Shown one piece after another: positions 17,112-18,183 of a stretch of 18,183 bases of DNA. A model generated the notes under the pieces. It did not search any database and was not told where the DNA came from. It saw only the letters and a list, made by a program, of their open reading frames with translations. Every line of letters begins with the position of its first letter. The first letter of the stretch is position 1. The DNA comes from Fonticula alba ATCC 38817 (taxonomy: Eukaryota; Protista; Nucleariida): the NCBI GenBank assembly GCA_000388065.2, contig KB932208.1. One strand, written 5' to 3'. The position numbers and the translations under genes are program-made.

Positions 17112-17992
17112 GGGGGGGGGGGGCACGGGTAGGACGTCCACAAGAAGGGGCCCCCCGCCCCCCCCTGGCTCGGCGCGAAGAATCCCGCTGGATGAGGGAT
17201 GGTGCGCCATCGCCGCACCCGGGAAGGGCCTCCGAGGGTTTAACCCTCGCGGGATGAGTCAGTGGAAATGGTCTTCTGAATGGTGTTTTCCTCCGGACCG
17301 AGGGCTCCCTCCGCCCGGACCCATGGCAAATTGGTGAAAATGCCGCCCTTGGAGCCAAAATGCGTCTTTTAAAATCGGTCGGACTATTCGTTTCCCGGGA
17401 GGCGCGCTACAGGGGGGGGGGGGGGAGGAAGTACGGGCGGGAGAATGCCCCCGGGCTCAATAGTGCGCGCGGGTCTCATCTGGCGCTCTTCCTCGGCCGG
17501 AGACCACCTCCGCTTGGCATGCGCCGCGCACCCTGGCGCCCGCCCGCGGCTGCCCCTGTGCCAGCCATGGGGGCAGGTCCAGCCGGCTCGCGCCCCTTCT
17601 TGGCTGCGTTCCGCCTTGTGGCGCGCGCGCGGGAACGCGGGCGGCGACAAAGGATCCCAAGGTCTCGGACACGCACGAGCCCTCTCCGCAGAGCGCGCCT
17701 GCGGGAGCGGGTGCGAGAAGCCGGGCGGCGAGGCCTGCGTGTCGGGCGGCTTGGTCTCCCGGAGAGGCCCCCTGGAGTGTGTGGTGGCTTGTCTGCCTCT
17801 TCGGGCCCGGCACGCTGTTTTTGGCTCGTGGTGTGCGTTCTCGCTGGCTCTTGCCGCCTGCTGCACCGGCGGTGGGGGGCAGGGTGGCGGAGGGCGCTCG
17901 TGCGCGCTTTCTCGAGCGGCAGGATATTCGAAAATGTGCGTGGCTCTGTGTGGCGCGGGAGTGCCCGACCCTGGGCCATTTCCCCCCCCCCC

Positions 17993-18000
17993 TATATAAG
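17993..18000 (+). promoter_or_regulatory. Candidate TATA box for a gene starting at or beyond the window end
   Basis: TATATAAG stands out in a very GC-rich background and is followed by a pyrimidine-rich, 5'-UTR-like tract at 18091-18130. Confidence 0.4.
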
Positions 18001-18183
18001 GAGGGATGGTGGCTGGTGTCCAGCCAGGGAAGAAGAGGCCACCCGGACTGTTTGGTCCGGGTCGCCCCCTTGCTCTGTCGGTACGGACATCCCTTTCCTC
18101 CTCTCCTCGCCTCCCTCGCTGCTCCCTCCTCTCGTGCGCTTCGGCCTCTGCTGCCGCCAGGCCCGAGAAGGGTTGGCGCCCCC

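Noticed and set aside
17242-17248. AACCCT as a telomerase-template or telomere signal
   Set aside because: It is a single partial unit, better explained as one arm of a palindrome.

Overview
GC-rich eukaryotic draft-genome window with four N-gaps, many microsatellites and homopolymer runs, and spliceosomal introns with mostly GTGCGT/GTACGT-type donors. The COX6B sequence and genome style suggest a unicellular opisthokont such as Fonticula alba; this is inference only. Three genes are supported. (1) A + strand gene of about 12 exons (4619-11279) encoding a gamma-secretase-activating protein (GSAP/PION/pigeon) homolog with large low-complexity insertions. (2) A convergent - strand gene (main exon about 13048-11678) encoding a protein with three tandem Tc1/IS630/paired(PAI)-like helix-turn-helix modules, a possible fourth C-terminal HTH and no transposase catalytic domain. 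This is the most unusual item. (3) A - strand cytochrome c oxidase subunit 6B gene (14964-14719). No gene could be supported in 1-4600 or 15400-18183. A 95-bp duplicate next to a poly-G run looks like a misplaced contig that fills the gap at 15066-15193. Family comparisons use reference sequences recalled from memory, not database searches.
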